Positions 56,611 through 64,000 of a stretch of DNA of 64,000 nucleotides are shown here, piece by piece. The notes below the pieces were generated by a model that worked only from the letters and a program-made list of their open reading frames with translations, ran no database searches and was not told the DNA's origin. Both the position numbers and the translations under genes were made by a program. Each line of letters opens with the position of its first letter. Positions within the stretch are counted from its first letter, which is position 1. The stretch comes from Pseudomonadota bacterium (GTDB lineage Bacteria; UBA10199; 2-02-FULL-44-16; DYJF01), in the NCBI GenBank assembly GCA_043823065.1, contig JBDRBB010000010.1, positions 219,725 to 283,724 on the forward strand, given 5' to 3'.

Positions 56611-58980
56611 TTAATTTCTTAAAGGCTTACCTGTTAAAAGCAAATGTTTCATGCGCTCTTTAGTTTTTTCCAGGCCGCATAATCCTAAAAACGCTTCACA
56701 TTCCAAATCCAAGAGATGATTTTCAGTGGTTTTGTGCATGGTGGGCTGATCGCCCCCAGTTAAGATATGGGCAAGTTTGCGGCCAACCACCAAGTCATGG
56801 TCTGTAATCATATCTCTAGACTTAAAATCGCGCATAAAATTTATCAAAGCCATTTTTCCGCCTTTGCCAGGCAAACAAATATCTTCTCTGGGTTTTGGTG
56901 GCTGGTAATTGGGAATAAGTTCTAGTAAAGTTTGTTTGGCTTGAAAGATTAGCTTATCTTGATCAAGACTTAAGCCATCATCCTGGTTTAACATACCCCA
57001 TTGTTTGGCTTCTTTGGCTGAACTTGTGACTTTGGCCATGGCAATTTTTTCAAACGCTAACCAAACTTTGGGAAAAGGTCCGCCATCAACAGGGCTGGAC
57101 CAAAGCTGATCTTTGGGTAAATGAGTTTCTCTTAAAAGCTTTTCCATTTGTAACAATAAATTTTTGCAACCTCCGCCAGCTGGGATTAACCCTGCCCCAG
57201 TTTCTACCAAGCCCAAGTAGGTTTCCATGGCAGCTTGTCTTTTGGGCGCAGCCACACAAATTTCATAGCCTCCGCCTAAAGTTAAACCAAAAGGCACTAC
57301 CACTACGGGTTTTTCTGAAAAACGAATTCTTTGAGTAGTGGCTTGAAACCCGCGCACCACTTTTTCCAATTCTTCCCAGTTATTTTGTTCAGCCAGCATC
57401 AAGATTAAAAGCAAATTTGCGCCAACTGAAAAATTTTCTTCTTGATTGGCAATGATAAGTCCTTGACCTTGTTTTTCCGTTAGATCCAGGGCCTGGTTAA
57501 TCATGGTGATTATATCGCCATCAATAGCATTCATTTTAGCATGAAATGCGCAACAAAAAATTCCATCTTCTAAATCATACAAACTAGCAGAACTGTTTTG
57601 AGCGACAATTTTTTCTGATGAACCAAGATTTTTTAGAATAGTTATTTTTTCTTGATCTGGTTCTGGAAGATAATTTTGAGTTTGTAGATCGAAAAATAAT
57701 CTTTTGCTTGCTTGAAAAGTATAAAAAGAATCTTTGTTGGCCAATAAAATTTTTTGAGCAAGCTCTGGTATTTCTGTGCCTTGTTTTTCCAGTTTGGCGC
57801 AGACTTTTTTTACGCCTAAAGCGTCCCAAGTTTCAAATGGACCTAGGCTCCAATTAAATCCCCAACGCATGGCTCGGTCAATGGTATAGATATTATCAGC
57901 AATTTCTGGTAAACGGTTGGCTGCATAAGTGAGCATCCTGGAAATTGTGGTCCAGGCAATTTTCCCAGCTTCATCATCTGCTAAAACTACTTGTTTAATG
58001 CGCTCTTGAGGATCTAGGATATCTTTGGCCTGTTTCAGACTTGGAGCAGAAAACTTTTCTTGGGCGCGGTAGGTAAGTGTTTCCAGATCCATGCTTAAAA
58101 TTTCCTTGGTCTTGGGATCTTTTTTATAAAAACCAGATCCAGTTTTTTGACCCAGCAGGTTTTTGGCAATCATCTGCAAAAGATAATTGGGAATTCTTAA
58201 GCGCCTCAACATTTCATCATCAGGACAACCTTTTAGAATATTTTCCGCCACATAAGTGAGTGTATCTAGACCAACCAAATCTGCGGTGCGAAAGATGGCA
58301 CTTTTTGGCCTGCCAGTTGCTGGGCCCAATACCTTATCCACTGCTTCAATTGGCCATTTATTTTCCAAGGTTAGATGCATGACATCCATGACATGGGTTA
58401 CCCCAATGCGATTGGCCACAAAATTGGGAGTGTCTTTGGCTAAAACAACTCCTTTGCCTAACCTGTTTTCACAAAGTTCAGTAATGGCTTTAATTGATTT
58501 GGTTTCAGTTTTCGGGCCAGCCACAATTTCCACTAATTTTAAATAGCGGGGGGGATTGAAAAAATGGGTAATTAAAAATCTTTGTTTAAAACCATCAGAA
58601 AGATTTTTGGTTAAGATATGCCAGCCCAGGCCAGATGTATTGGAGCTGACAATGGTGTCTGCTCGCAAGTAAGGTTCAATGCGTTGATATATTTTCTGTT
58701 TTAGATCAGCTTTTTCTAAAACAGCTTCAATAATCCAATCGCAATGGGTGAGTTTTTCAATATCATGGTCATAATTGCCAACTTTAATTTTGGAAAGGTC
58801 GGTGGCAGAATAAATTAGAGGGGGTTTGCTGGTTTGTAGGCGCTTCGCAGCTGCTTGGGTTAATTCATTGGTGCAATCTAGAAGTAAAACTTCAAAATCA
58901 CATCCAGCCAGCAAGCCAGCAATGGAGCTACCCATTATGCCTGCGCCAAGTACTCCCACTTTTTTGATCTGATAAGTCAT
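56611..58980 (-). CDS. fadN: 3-hydroxyacyl-CoA dehydrogenase / enoyl-CoA hydratase (FadN-like)
   Basis: GAGIMG, SSNTSG, HFFNPPRY, LGGGYE and PAGGG motifs. Confidence 0.9.
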   Translation of the reverse strand: MTYQIKKVGVLGAGIMGSSIAGLLAGCDFEVLLLDCTNELTQAAAKRLQTSKPPLIYSATDLSKIKVGNYDHDIEKLTHCDWIIEAVLEKADLKQKIYQRIEPYLRADTIVSSNTSGLGWHILTKNLSDGFKQRFLITHFFNPPRYLKLVEIVAGPKTETKSIKAITELCENRLGKGVVLAKDTPNFVANRIGVTHVMDVMHLTLENKWPIEAVDKVLGPATGRPKSAIFRTADLVGLDTLTYVAENILKGCPDDEMLRRLRIPNYLLQMIAKNLLGQKTGSGFYKKDPKTKEILSMDLETLTYRAQEKFSAPSLKQAKDILDPQERIKQVVLADDEAGKIAWTTISRMLTYAANRLPEIADNIYTIDRAMRWGFNWSLGPFETWDALGVKKVCAKLEKQGTEIPELAQKILLANKDSFYTFQASKRLFFDLQTQNYLPEPDQEKITILKNLGSSEKIVAQNSSASLYDLEDGIFCCAFHAKMNAIDGDIITMINQALDLTEKQGQGLIIANQEENFSVGANLLLILMLAEQNNWEELEKVVRGFQATTQRIRFSEKPVVVVPFGLTLGGGYEICVAAPKRQAAMETYLGLVETGAGLIPAGGGCKNLLLQMEKLLRETHLPKDQLWSSPVDGGPFPKVWLAFEKIAMAKVTSSAKEAKQWGMLNQDDGLSLDQDKLIFQAKQTLLELIPNYQPPKPREDICLPGKGGKMALINFMRDFKSRDMITDHDLVVGRKLAHILTGGDQPTMHKTTENHLLDLECEAFLGLCGLEKTKERMKHLLLTGKPLRN

Positions 58981-58989
58981 TTTTTTGGT

Positions 58990-59013
58990 TGTCATTCCTG
59001 CGAAAGCAGGGAT
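58990..59013. repeat. Single family A REP
   Basis: TGTCATTCCTGCGAAAGCAGGGAT; compensatory T/A change in the stem. Confidence 0.8.
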
Positions 59014-59026
59014 GAAAAAGTTTCCT

Positions 59027-60184
59027 TTAAACTCTTTCAACTATTGTAGCTACTGCTTGGCCGCCACCAACACACATAGTGGCCAGGCCAGTCTCCACTT
59101 CTTTATACAGCATAGCATGCAGCAGCGTGGTCATAATGCGCGCTCCTGAACAGCCTAAAGGATGACCCAAGGCAATGGCTCCACCATGGATATTTAACTT
59201 GCTGGTATCTAAGTTTAATTGATTAATAACTGCTAAGGCTTGGGCAGCAAATGCTTCATTTAGCTCTACCAAATCTAAATCAGTTAATTTCATTTTGGCT
59301 TTTTTCAAGACCAAAGGAATAGCATCTACTGGGGCAATACCCATAAAAGCAGGATCATTTCCAGACATGGCCATGGCCCGGATCTTGGCCAGAGGCTTAA
59401 GCTTCATTTTTTTGGCAAAAGATTTAGAAGCAATTAAAAGCATGGCTGCGCCATCTGTGAGCTGGCTGGAATTACCAGCAGTTACTGTTCCATCTTTTAT
59501 AAAAGCAGGTTTTAAATTGGCTAAAACTTCTAAAGTAGTATCAGCTCTGGGACCATCATCTTTAGTAATCACCTTAATGGTCTGATCTACGCTAATTGCT
59601 TCAATGGGAATTATTTCAGACTCAAATTTTTCTTGTTGCTGGGCTGCCACAGCCTTGCGGTGTGAAAGCAGGGCAAAGTGGTCTTGATCTTCCCTAGAAA
59701 TATCATATTTTTTTACCAAGTTCTCAGCTGTTAACCCCATGCTAATATAAGCATCTGGAGCCTGAGGCTGCATAAGTTTTTCATTTAAACTGGGATTAAA
59801 ACCACCCATTGGCGCATGGCTCATGGATTCTATTCCACCTACCAAATACAACTCGCCAGTTTCACTCATGATAGCTTGCGCTGCTAAATTTATGGCTGTC
59901 AAAGAAGAAGCGCATAAACGATTGATAGTCATAGCTGGGCAAGACAGGGGCAGGTTAGCCAGAAAGCCAATATTTCTGGCAACATTCAGACCTTGTTCTC
60001 CTTCAGGAGTGGCGCAACCAACTATAAAATCATCAAGCAAGTTAAGGTCCAGGTCTGAAAAATTTTTTAATAAACCTGTTACCACTTGAGCAGCTAGATC
60101 ATCAATGCGGGTATGAATAAAAGCACCTTTGTTAGCTTTACCTAGAGGGCTGCGCTGGGCAGCTAAAATTACTGCAGTTTCCAT
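59027..60184 (-). CDS. fadA: Acetyl-CoA acyltransferase (thiolase)
   Basis: NRLCASS, NEAFA, GHPLG and CVGGGQ motifs. Confidence 0.93.
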   Translation of the reverse strand: METAVILAAQRSPLGKANKGAFIHTRIDDLAAQVVTGLLKNFSDLDLNLLDDFIVGCATPEGEQGLNVARNIGFLANLPLSCPAMTINRLCASSLTAINLAAQAIMSETGELYLVGGIESMSHAPMGGFNPSLNEKLMQPQAPDAYISMGLTAENLVKKYDISREDQDHFALLSHRKAVAAQQQEKFESEIIPIEAISVDQTIKVITKDDGPRADTTLEVLANLKPAFIKDGTVTAGNSSQLTDGAAMLLIASKSFAKKMKLKPLAKIRAMAMSGNDPAFMGIAPVDAIPLVLKKAKMKLTDLDLVELNEAFAAQALAVINQLNLDTSKLNIHGGAIALGHPLGCSGARIMTTLLHAMLYKEVETGLATMCVGGGQAVATIVERV

Positions 60185-60202
60185 GAATAAACTCCAAATA
60201 TA

Positions 60203-60679
60203 TTAGCAGAAAATGGAACCAATCCACCCGCCCACAAGATGGGTGGCAATAACCACAATAGTGGCAATTAATAAATGTTCAAAAACAACCTTCCAGGGAT
60301 TAACATTTTGTTTTCTAGCCATTAAAAAACTAAAAATACTTAAGCAGGAAAGACCCCAGATAATGCTAATGATTACAGCATTAGATAAACAAAATATAAG
60401 AAGTGGAATAAGAAAAGTGGAAGCAGTGAGAAATTTAAAAATAAAAGTGGATATAGTAGATTCCCAGATTTCGCGGGGCGTGTGTTTGTTTTCTGACTCT
60501 TCTGAAACATGGATGCCAATTGCATCTGAAAATGCATCAGCAATGGCTATGGTTAAAACACCGCCAATTACCACGATTTTGGAATGGGTTCCAGAGCTTA
60601 ATCCAACTAATAGTCCCAAAGTAGTAATAATGCCAGAGGTTAGGCCAAAGCTGAAACCTGTTGTAAGAGAATGTCGCAT
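60203..60679 (-). CDS. VIT1/CCC1-like membrane protein
   Basis: FGLTSGIITTLG and IADAFSDAIGIHVSEESE; alternative ATG at 60694 lies inside a REP. Confidence 0.75.
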   Translation of the reverse strand: MRHSLTTGFSFGLTSGIITTLGLLVGLSSGTHSKIVVIGGVLTIAIADAFSDAIGIHVSEESENKHTPREIWESTISTFIFKFLTASTFLIPLLIFCLSNAVIISIIWGLSCLSIFSFLMARKQNVNPWKVVFEHLLIATIVVIATHLVGGWIGSIFC

Positions 60680-60688
60680 AGTTAAAAA

Positions 60689-60715
60689 TGTCATTCCCGC
60701 GAAAGCGGGAATCTA
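60689..60715. repeat. Single family A REP
   Basis: TGTCATTCCCGCGAAAGCGGGAATCTA. Confidence 0.85.
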
Positions 60716-60772
60716 TATTTAATTATATACAACATCTTATACGGGATTTCCAATAAATACTAGATACGGTTT

Positions 60773-61822
60773 TTACAGATTCATAAAAGCTTGGGAAGCT
60801 AAGCGCCATTCTCGGCTACCAGAAGCAAACATTCTTTCCATACGCAGGATTGCTTCTCGTACCTTGGGCATATTGTGGATTTGGGAGCGTTTTACAAATT
60901 CAGCTAAAATTCTTCCAGCTGTTTTGCGCACTTCCCAGTTGGAATCTTCCAGGGCTTTAAGCAGGGTGGATTCAACTTCAGGTCCTTCAAAACACATTAA
61001 AGTTTCTGTGGCAATGAGACGGGTAGAGCTATCAGGATCCTTGATCGCAACTTTCGCAATCATTTGGATGGCTGCTGGGTGGTGAAATAATCTCAAGGCT
61101 TTAAGTGCAGATTGTCTAACCAATTGAATTTTTTCTTGGCGATGATTTACTGATTTTGCAATTATTTTTAGTGCTGGTTTGGAAATTCTTGCAGATGAAT
61201 CGTTTAATAATTTGCCCAGGGCTTTAACTGCTTCGTCTCTAACTATTGGCTCCGGATCTTTGGCTGTTTTTAACAAAACAGCATAAGCTTTTTCATGTTC
61301 AAGCATGCCTAAGGCAGCGGCTAGCCCAGCTCTTAGTTTTGCTGGAACCTGACGACCCATGCCCAGCATAGAAATCATATATGGTGCAGCTTCTTTAACA
61401 CCCATTAAGCCCAAAGCTCGCGCAGATTTTTCTTTAACATTGGTGGACTCATCTTTTCTTAGGGCTTGAATTAAAACATCTTTGGCGCGCAGATCTCCAA
61501 TTTTCCAGAGCGCCCAAGCAACTTCTTCACGTACATTTTGGTTTGGATCATTTTTGAGTAATAAACAGAGTGTTTCCACAGCTTCAGGAAACCTCTTTTT
61601 TTTCAGAAAAGCCAGGTCGCCCAAAAGACGCGTAGTATTAGCGCGTTGAATAAAATCACCTTCTCGGAGATTGACAATGGCCAGTCCAATTTCAAGGTCT
61701 GGGTGAGAATTGCTGGCTAAATCAGTTTTTGGAAATTGATATATTTGAGAAGTCTTCTCAGATGTCTGATCTTGCTCAAGTAAATTTTTAACAGGTTGGT
61801 TGGATGTTTGTGAGTTAGACAT
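60773..61822 (-). CDS. HEAT / PBS-lyase repeat protein
   Basis: Repeated D....VR..A..ALG units. Confidence 0.88.
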   Translation of the reverse strand: MSNSQTSNQPVKNLLEQDQTSEKTSQIYQFPKTDLASNSHPDLEIGLAIVNLREGDFIQRANTTRLLGDLAFLKKKRFPEAVETLCLLLKNDPNQNVREEVAWALWKIGDLRAKDVLIQALRKDESTNVKEKSARALGLMGVKEAAPYMISMLGMGRQVPAKLRAGLAAALGMLEHEKAYAVLLKTAKDPEPIVRDEAVKALGKLLNDSSARISKPALKIIAKSVNHRQEKIQLVRQSALKALRLFHHPAAIQMIAKVAIKDPDSSTRLIATETLMCFEGPEVESTLLKALEDSNWEVRKTAGRILAEFVKRSQIHNMPKVREAILRMERMFASGSREWRLASQAFMNL

Positions 61823-61830
61823 GATTATAT

Positions 61831-61857
61831 TTATCGTGTTAATTTAAAATTTGTTGC
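61831..61857 (-). promoter_or_regulatory. GCAAC-N16-CGATAA putative alternative-sigma promoter
   Basis: 8 nt upstream of ATG 61822, just after the rnpB terminator. Confidence 0.5.
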
Positions 61858-61869
61858 TAGGAAAATAAA

Positions 61870-61903
61870 AAAGGGGATTCATTTTAAGTAAGAATCCCCT
61901 TTT
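61870..61903 (-). terminator. rnpB terminator
   Basis: AAAGGGGATTC / GAATCCCCTTTT stem with T tract. Confidence 0.75.
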
Positions 61904-61913
61904 AACAAAGAAA

Positions 61914-62252
61914 TGCAGGTCGATAAGCCGAGTTTTGTCTAGAATGGTCATTTCTCTAGGACCTTTGTTGCCAAAGGCCTCAAGCGATCTACCCGTCTGA
62001 AAGCGGACCACTTTTAACCAGACTGCTTGATCTTGCTTCCCATGGGGTTTTCCTGATTTCACTACAGCAGCTCCTCTAGATCACGACAATCTAGGATCAT
62101 AGCCCTGTACATCCTTTCTGTGGCACTTTCCGTCCCAGGTTTCTCTGGAAATAAACCCTGGGCCTGGGCGTTACCCAGCATGGTGTCCTATGAAGCTCGG
62201 ACTTTCCTCTCCCAAATTTACATGCTTTTTGGCAGCGACCATTTGACCTGCA
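61914..62252 (-). ncRNA. rnpB: RNase P RNA (type A-like)
   Basis: GAGGAAAGTCCGAGC and ACAAAACTCGGCTTA (P4), GGAAAGTGCCACAGAAA, P1 GCAGGTC/GACCTGC, P18 GCAA hairpin. Confidence 0.95.
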
Positions 62253-62256
62253 GTTA

Positions 62257-62664
62257 TCAAAGAACTCGTTCATCTAAAGCGCGATTAGCTAGGGCGTCTG
62301 CCTGTTTATTTTTTTCGCGTGGAATATGATTTATACTAAAAGATTCAAAACTTCTTAGCTGAGTAATCAACGTTTGGAACAAAGGTTTTAAACCATGATT
62401 TTTTACCCGATATTCACCTTTGATTTGTTTTACCATTAACTCTGAATCAGCAAAAATAATAACGTTTGAGGCTTTTTGCTTTTTTGCTTCTTCTAAAGCC
62501 AAACCCAAAGCCTGATATTCAGCTTGATTGTTGGTGGTTTCGCCCAAATATTTGGAAATTTCAGCTACCACTTGTTTTTTTTCATCAAGCAAAATAGCAC
62601 CAGCTGCAGCTGGACCAGGATTTCCCCTTGCTGCGCCATCACAATATATTATGATTTTATTCAC
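62257..62664 (-). CDS. rnhA: Ribonuclease HI
   Basis: DGAARGNPG, TNNQAEY, DSEL and N..ADALAN motifs. Confidence 0.93.
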   Translation of the reverse strand: MNKIIIYCDGAARGNPGPAAAGAILLDEKKQVVAEISKYLGETTNNQAEYQALGLALEEAKKQKASNVIIFADSELMVKQIKGEYRVKNHGLKPLFQTLITQLRSFESFSINHIPREKNKQADALANRALDERVL

Positions 62665-62963
62665 GATTTTTCAGTAACCCCAAATATCTCCAGCAAAGAA
62701 TTTTCTTCATGCGGAGAAAGATTGGCTAAAACGGCCTTTGCCTGTTTGGAGATATAGGCATGATCTTTGGCAGTTACTTTTTTTGTTTTCAATTCTTGCT
62801 GAATTTCTTCCATGAGACCGGATGAAATTTCTCTTAACAAGGCGCGGATTTCTTCTGTTTCTACAGCATCACCAAGTTGAGCAACACAGTCAAATTCTTC
62901 ATGTTCAGCCAAAAATAACAGCAATTCTGCTGCAAATTGTTTGGGCATATTTGAAATTTTCAT
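62661..62963 (-). CDS. Small protein with sigma70 region-4.1-like C-terminus
   Basis: Translationally coupled in the operon; VLANLSPHEENSLLEIFGV. Confidence 0.65.
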   Translation of the reverse strand: MKISNMPKQFAAELLLFLAEHEEFDCVAQLGDAVETEEIRALLREISSGLMEEIQQELKTKKVTAKDHAYISKQAKAVLANLSPHEENSLLEIFGVTEKS

Positions 62964-62966
62964 AGA

Positions 62967-63695
62967 TTATTCCTCTTTTTTTTCTTCAATATACACATAT
63001 ATGAGCCGATTACAAGAGGGACAATTTTTTAGCTCTTTGAAACGTAACATTTCATTAAAAAGCTGGGCTGGTATGTTCATGCTACAGCCTTGGCAAACCC
63101 CGTTTTTAATATAGACCAAAGCATTGCGATATCTTTGCCGGATAAAATCATATTTTCTTAACACAGTTTTATCAACTTTAGCTTCAATTTCCGGCCTGGT
63201 CTTTTTATTTTCTGCTATTTGTTTCTTAAATTCCTCTTCATCAGCCTTGAGTAAATCATTTTCTTTTTCAAAAGCTGCTTGTTTATCGGCTAATTCTTGA
63301 GAAAGTTGCTCATTTTTTTTAGTTAATTCCTCAATTTTCTCCATAAAAGCCAAAATATTGTCTTCTCGATCTTTGTTTAGCTTTTTGGTATCAGCAATTT
63401 CTTTTAAGACTGCTTGGTATTCTTTATTGGTTTTAATGGCATACATCTTGGCTTCTTTGTGTTTCAGATCTTCTTGAGAAGTCTTAAGATCTAACTCTTC
63501 TTGACGCCTAGATTTTTCAGCCTCAGCTAACTCATTGGAATTATTGTCAAAAATTGATTTAACTTCTTCGAAAGCGGTTTTGGCGCTAGCAATTCTTTGG
63601 GGCAGAATTTCAATTTCGCGCATTAATTTATCTAAACGGATATCAATTTCCTGCAGATGTTTCAGATTTTCTAATTGAGTTTGGAAATCAGTCAT
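62967..63695 (-). CDS. Coiled-coil C4 zinc-ribbon protein (DUF164)
   Basis: LQEID, long coiled coil, CQGC...CPSCNR. Confidence 0.92.
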   Translation of the reverse strand: MTDFQTQLENLKHLQEIDIRLDKLMREIEILPQRIASAKTAFEEVKSIFDNNSNELAEAEKSRRQEELDLKTSQEDLKHKEAKMYAIKTNKEYQAVLKEIADTKKLNKDREDNILAFMEKIEELTKKNEQLSQELADKQAAFEKENDLLKADEEEFKKQIAENKKTRPEIEAKVDKTVLRKYDFIRQRYRNALVYIKNGVCQGCSMNIPAQLFNEMLRFKELKNCPSCNRLIYVYIEEKKEE

Positions 63696-63780
63696 AATGG
63701 CTTTTAGGCGATGCGAGGCTATTAAACGTAAACAAGAACACTTGTCAACGCTTGATTTTTATGTTTGATATAGGCGCTTC

Positions 63781-63852
63781 GGGCCCATAGCTCAACGGCA
63801 GAGCTCCCGGCTCATAACCGGTTGGTTCGGGGTTCAAATCCCTGTGGGCCCA
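63781..63852 (+). tRNA. tRNA with CAT anticodon, probably tRNA-Ile2 (lysidine)
   Basis: GGGCCCA...TGGGCCCA, loop CTCATAA; paired G1-C72 and no GGG/CCC anticodon stem, so not initiator. Confidence 0.88.
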
Positions 63853-63863
63853 CAAACAAGGTA

Positions 63864-64000
63864 TGTTCCGATAACATACTTAACAGTTTATTCCGGGCAC
63901 ATGGTTTACACTTTCTGGTATAACCTCCTCCAAAAAGGAGGGGGATATGCCATGGAAGGAGACCAGTGTTATGGATGAGCGCATGAAATTTGTAGGCCGT
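63864..64000 (+). mobile_element. IS481-family element, left end
   Basis: TGT-initiated end with two tandem 22-nt-like motifs, then the transposase start. Confidence 0.7.
63947..64000 (+). CDS. IS481-family transposase, N-terminus (truncated by the window)
   Basis: AGGAGG RBS; MPWKETSVMDERMKFVGR is typical of IS481 transposase starts. Confidence 0.75.
   Translation, partial: MPWKETSVMDERMKFVGR

Noticed and set aside
60213..60722. 169-aa plus-strand ORF
   Set aside because: Antisense to the VIT1-like gene, which carries the family motifs
61844..62329. ORFs of 72 and 69 aa
   Set aside because: They overlap RNase P RNA

Overview
AT-rich bacterial chromosome segment. Gene content (TIGR02147 protein, YitJ, FadN, DUF164-rnhA-rnpB synteny, Asp-rich lipoproteins) suggests a deltaproteobacterial or Bdellovibrionota-like lineage; this is inference. 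Housekeeping content: a split complex I (nuoAB-TPR-CD-E-F-G-H-J-K on +, nuoLMN about 18 kb away on -, no nuoI seen), ftsK-lolA, beta-oxidation genes, transporters, four tRNAs and RNase P RNA. Accessory content: a RAYT-type Y1 (HUH) transposase bracketed by inverted repeats with a sigma54-type promoter, a 2220-aa secreted Rhs/Tc-like protein, several surface lipoproteins and the left end of an IS481 element. The most unusual signal is non-coding. Many intergenic spacers carry palindromic elements of several families: TGTCATT-type REPs (one translated inside NuoCD, one nested three deep), AT-rich heptamer-periodic hairpins, and long fold-backs. Two of the fold-backs share a 102-nt core but have unrelated 22-bp arms. 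Other leads are a recurrent GCAAC-N16/17-CGATAA promoter-like motif, a sigma70 region-4.1-like mini-protein, an RNase P RNA apparently lacking P13/P14, and a methyltransferase-like Rhs tip. All calls were made by eye; no database searches were run.
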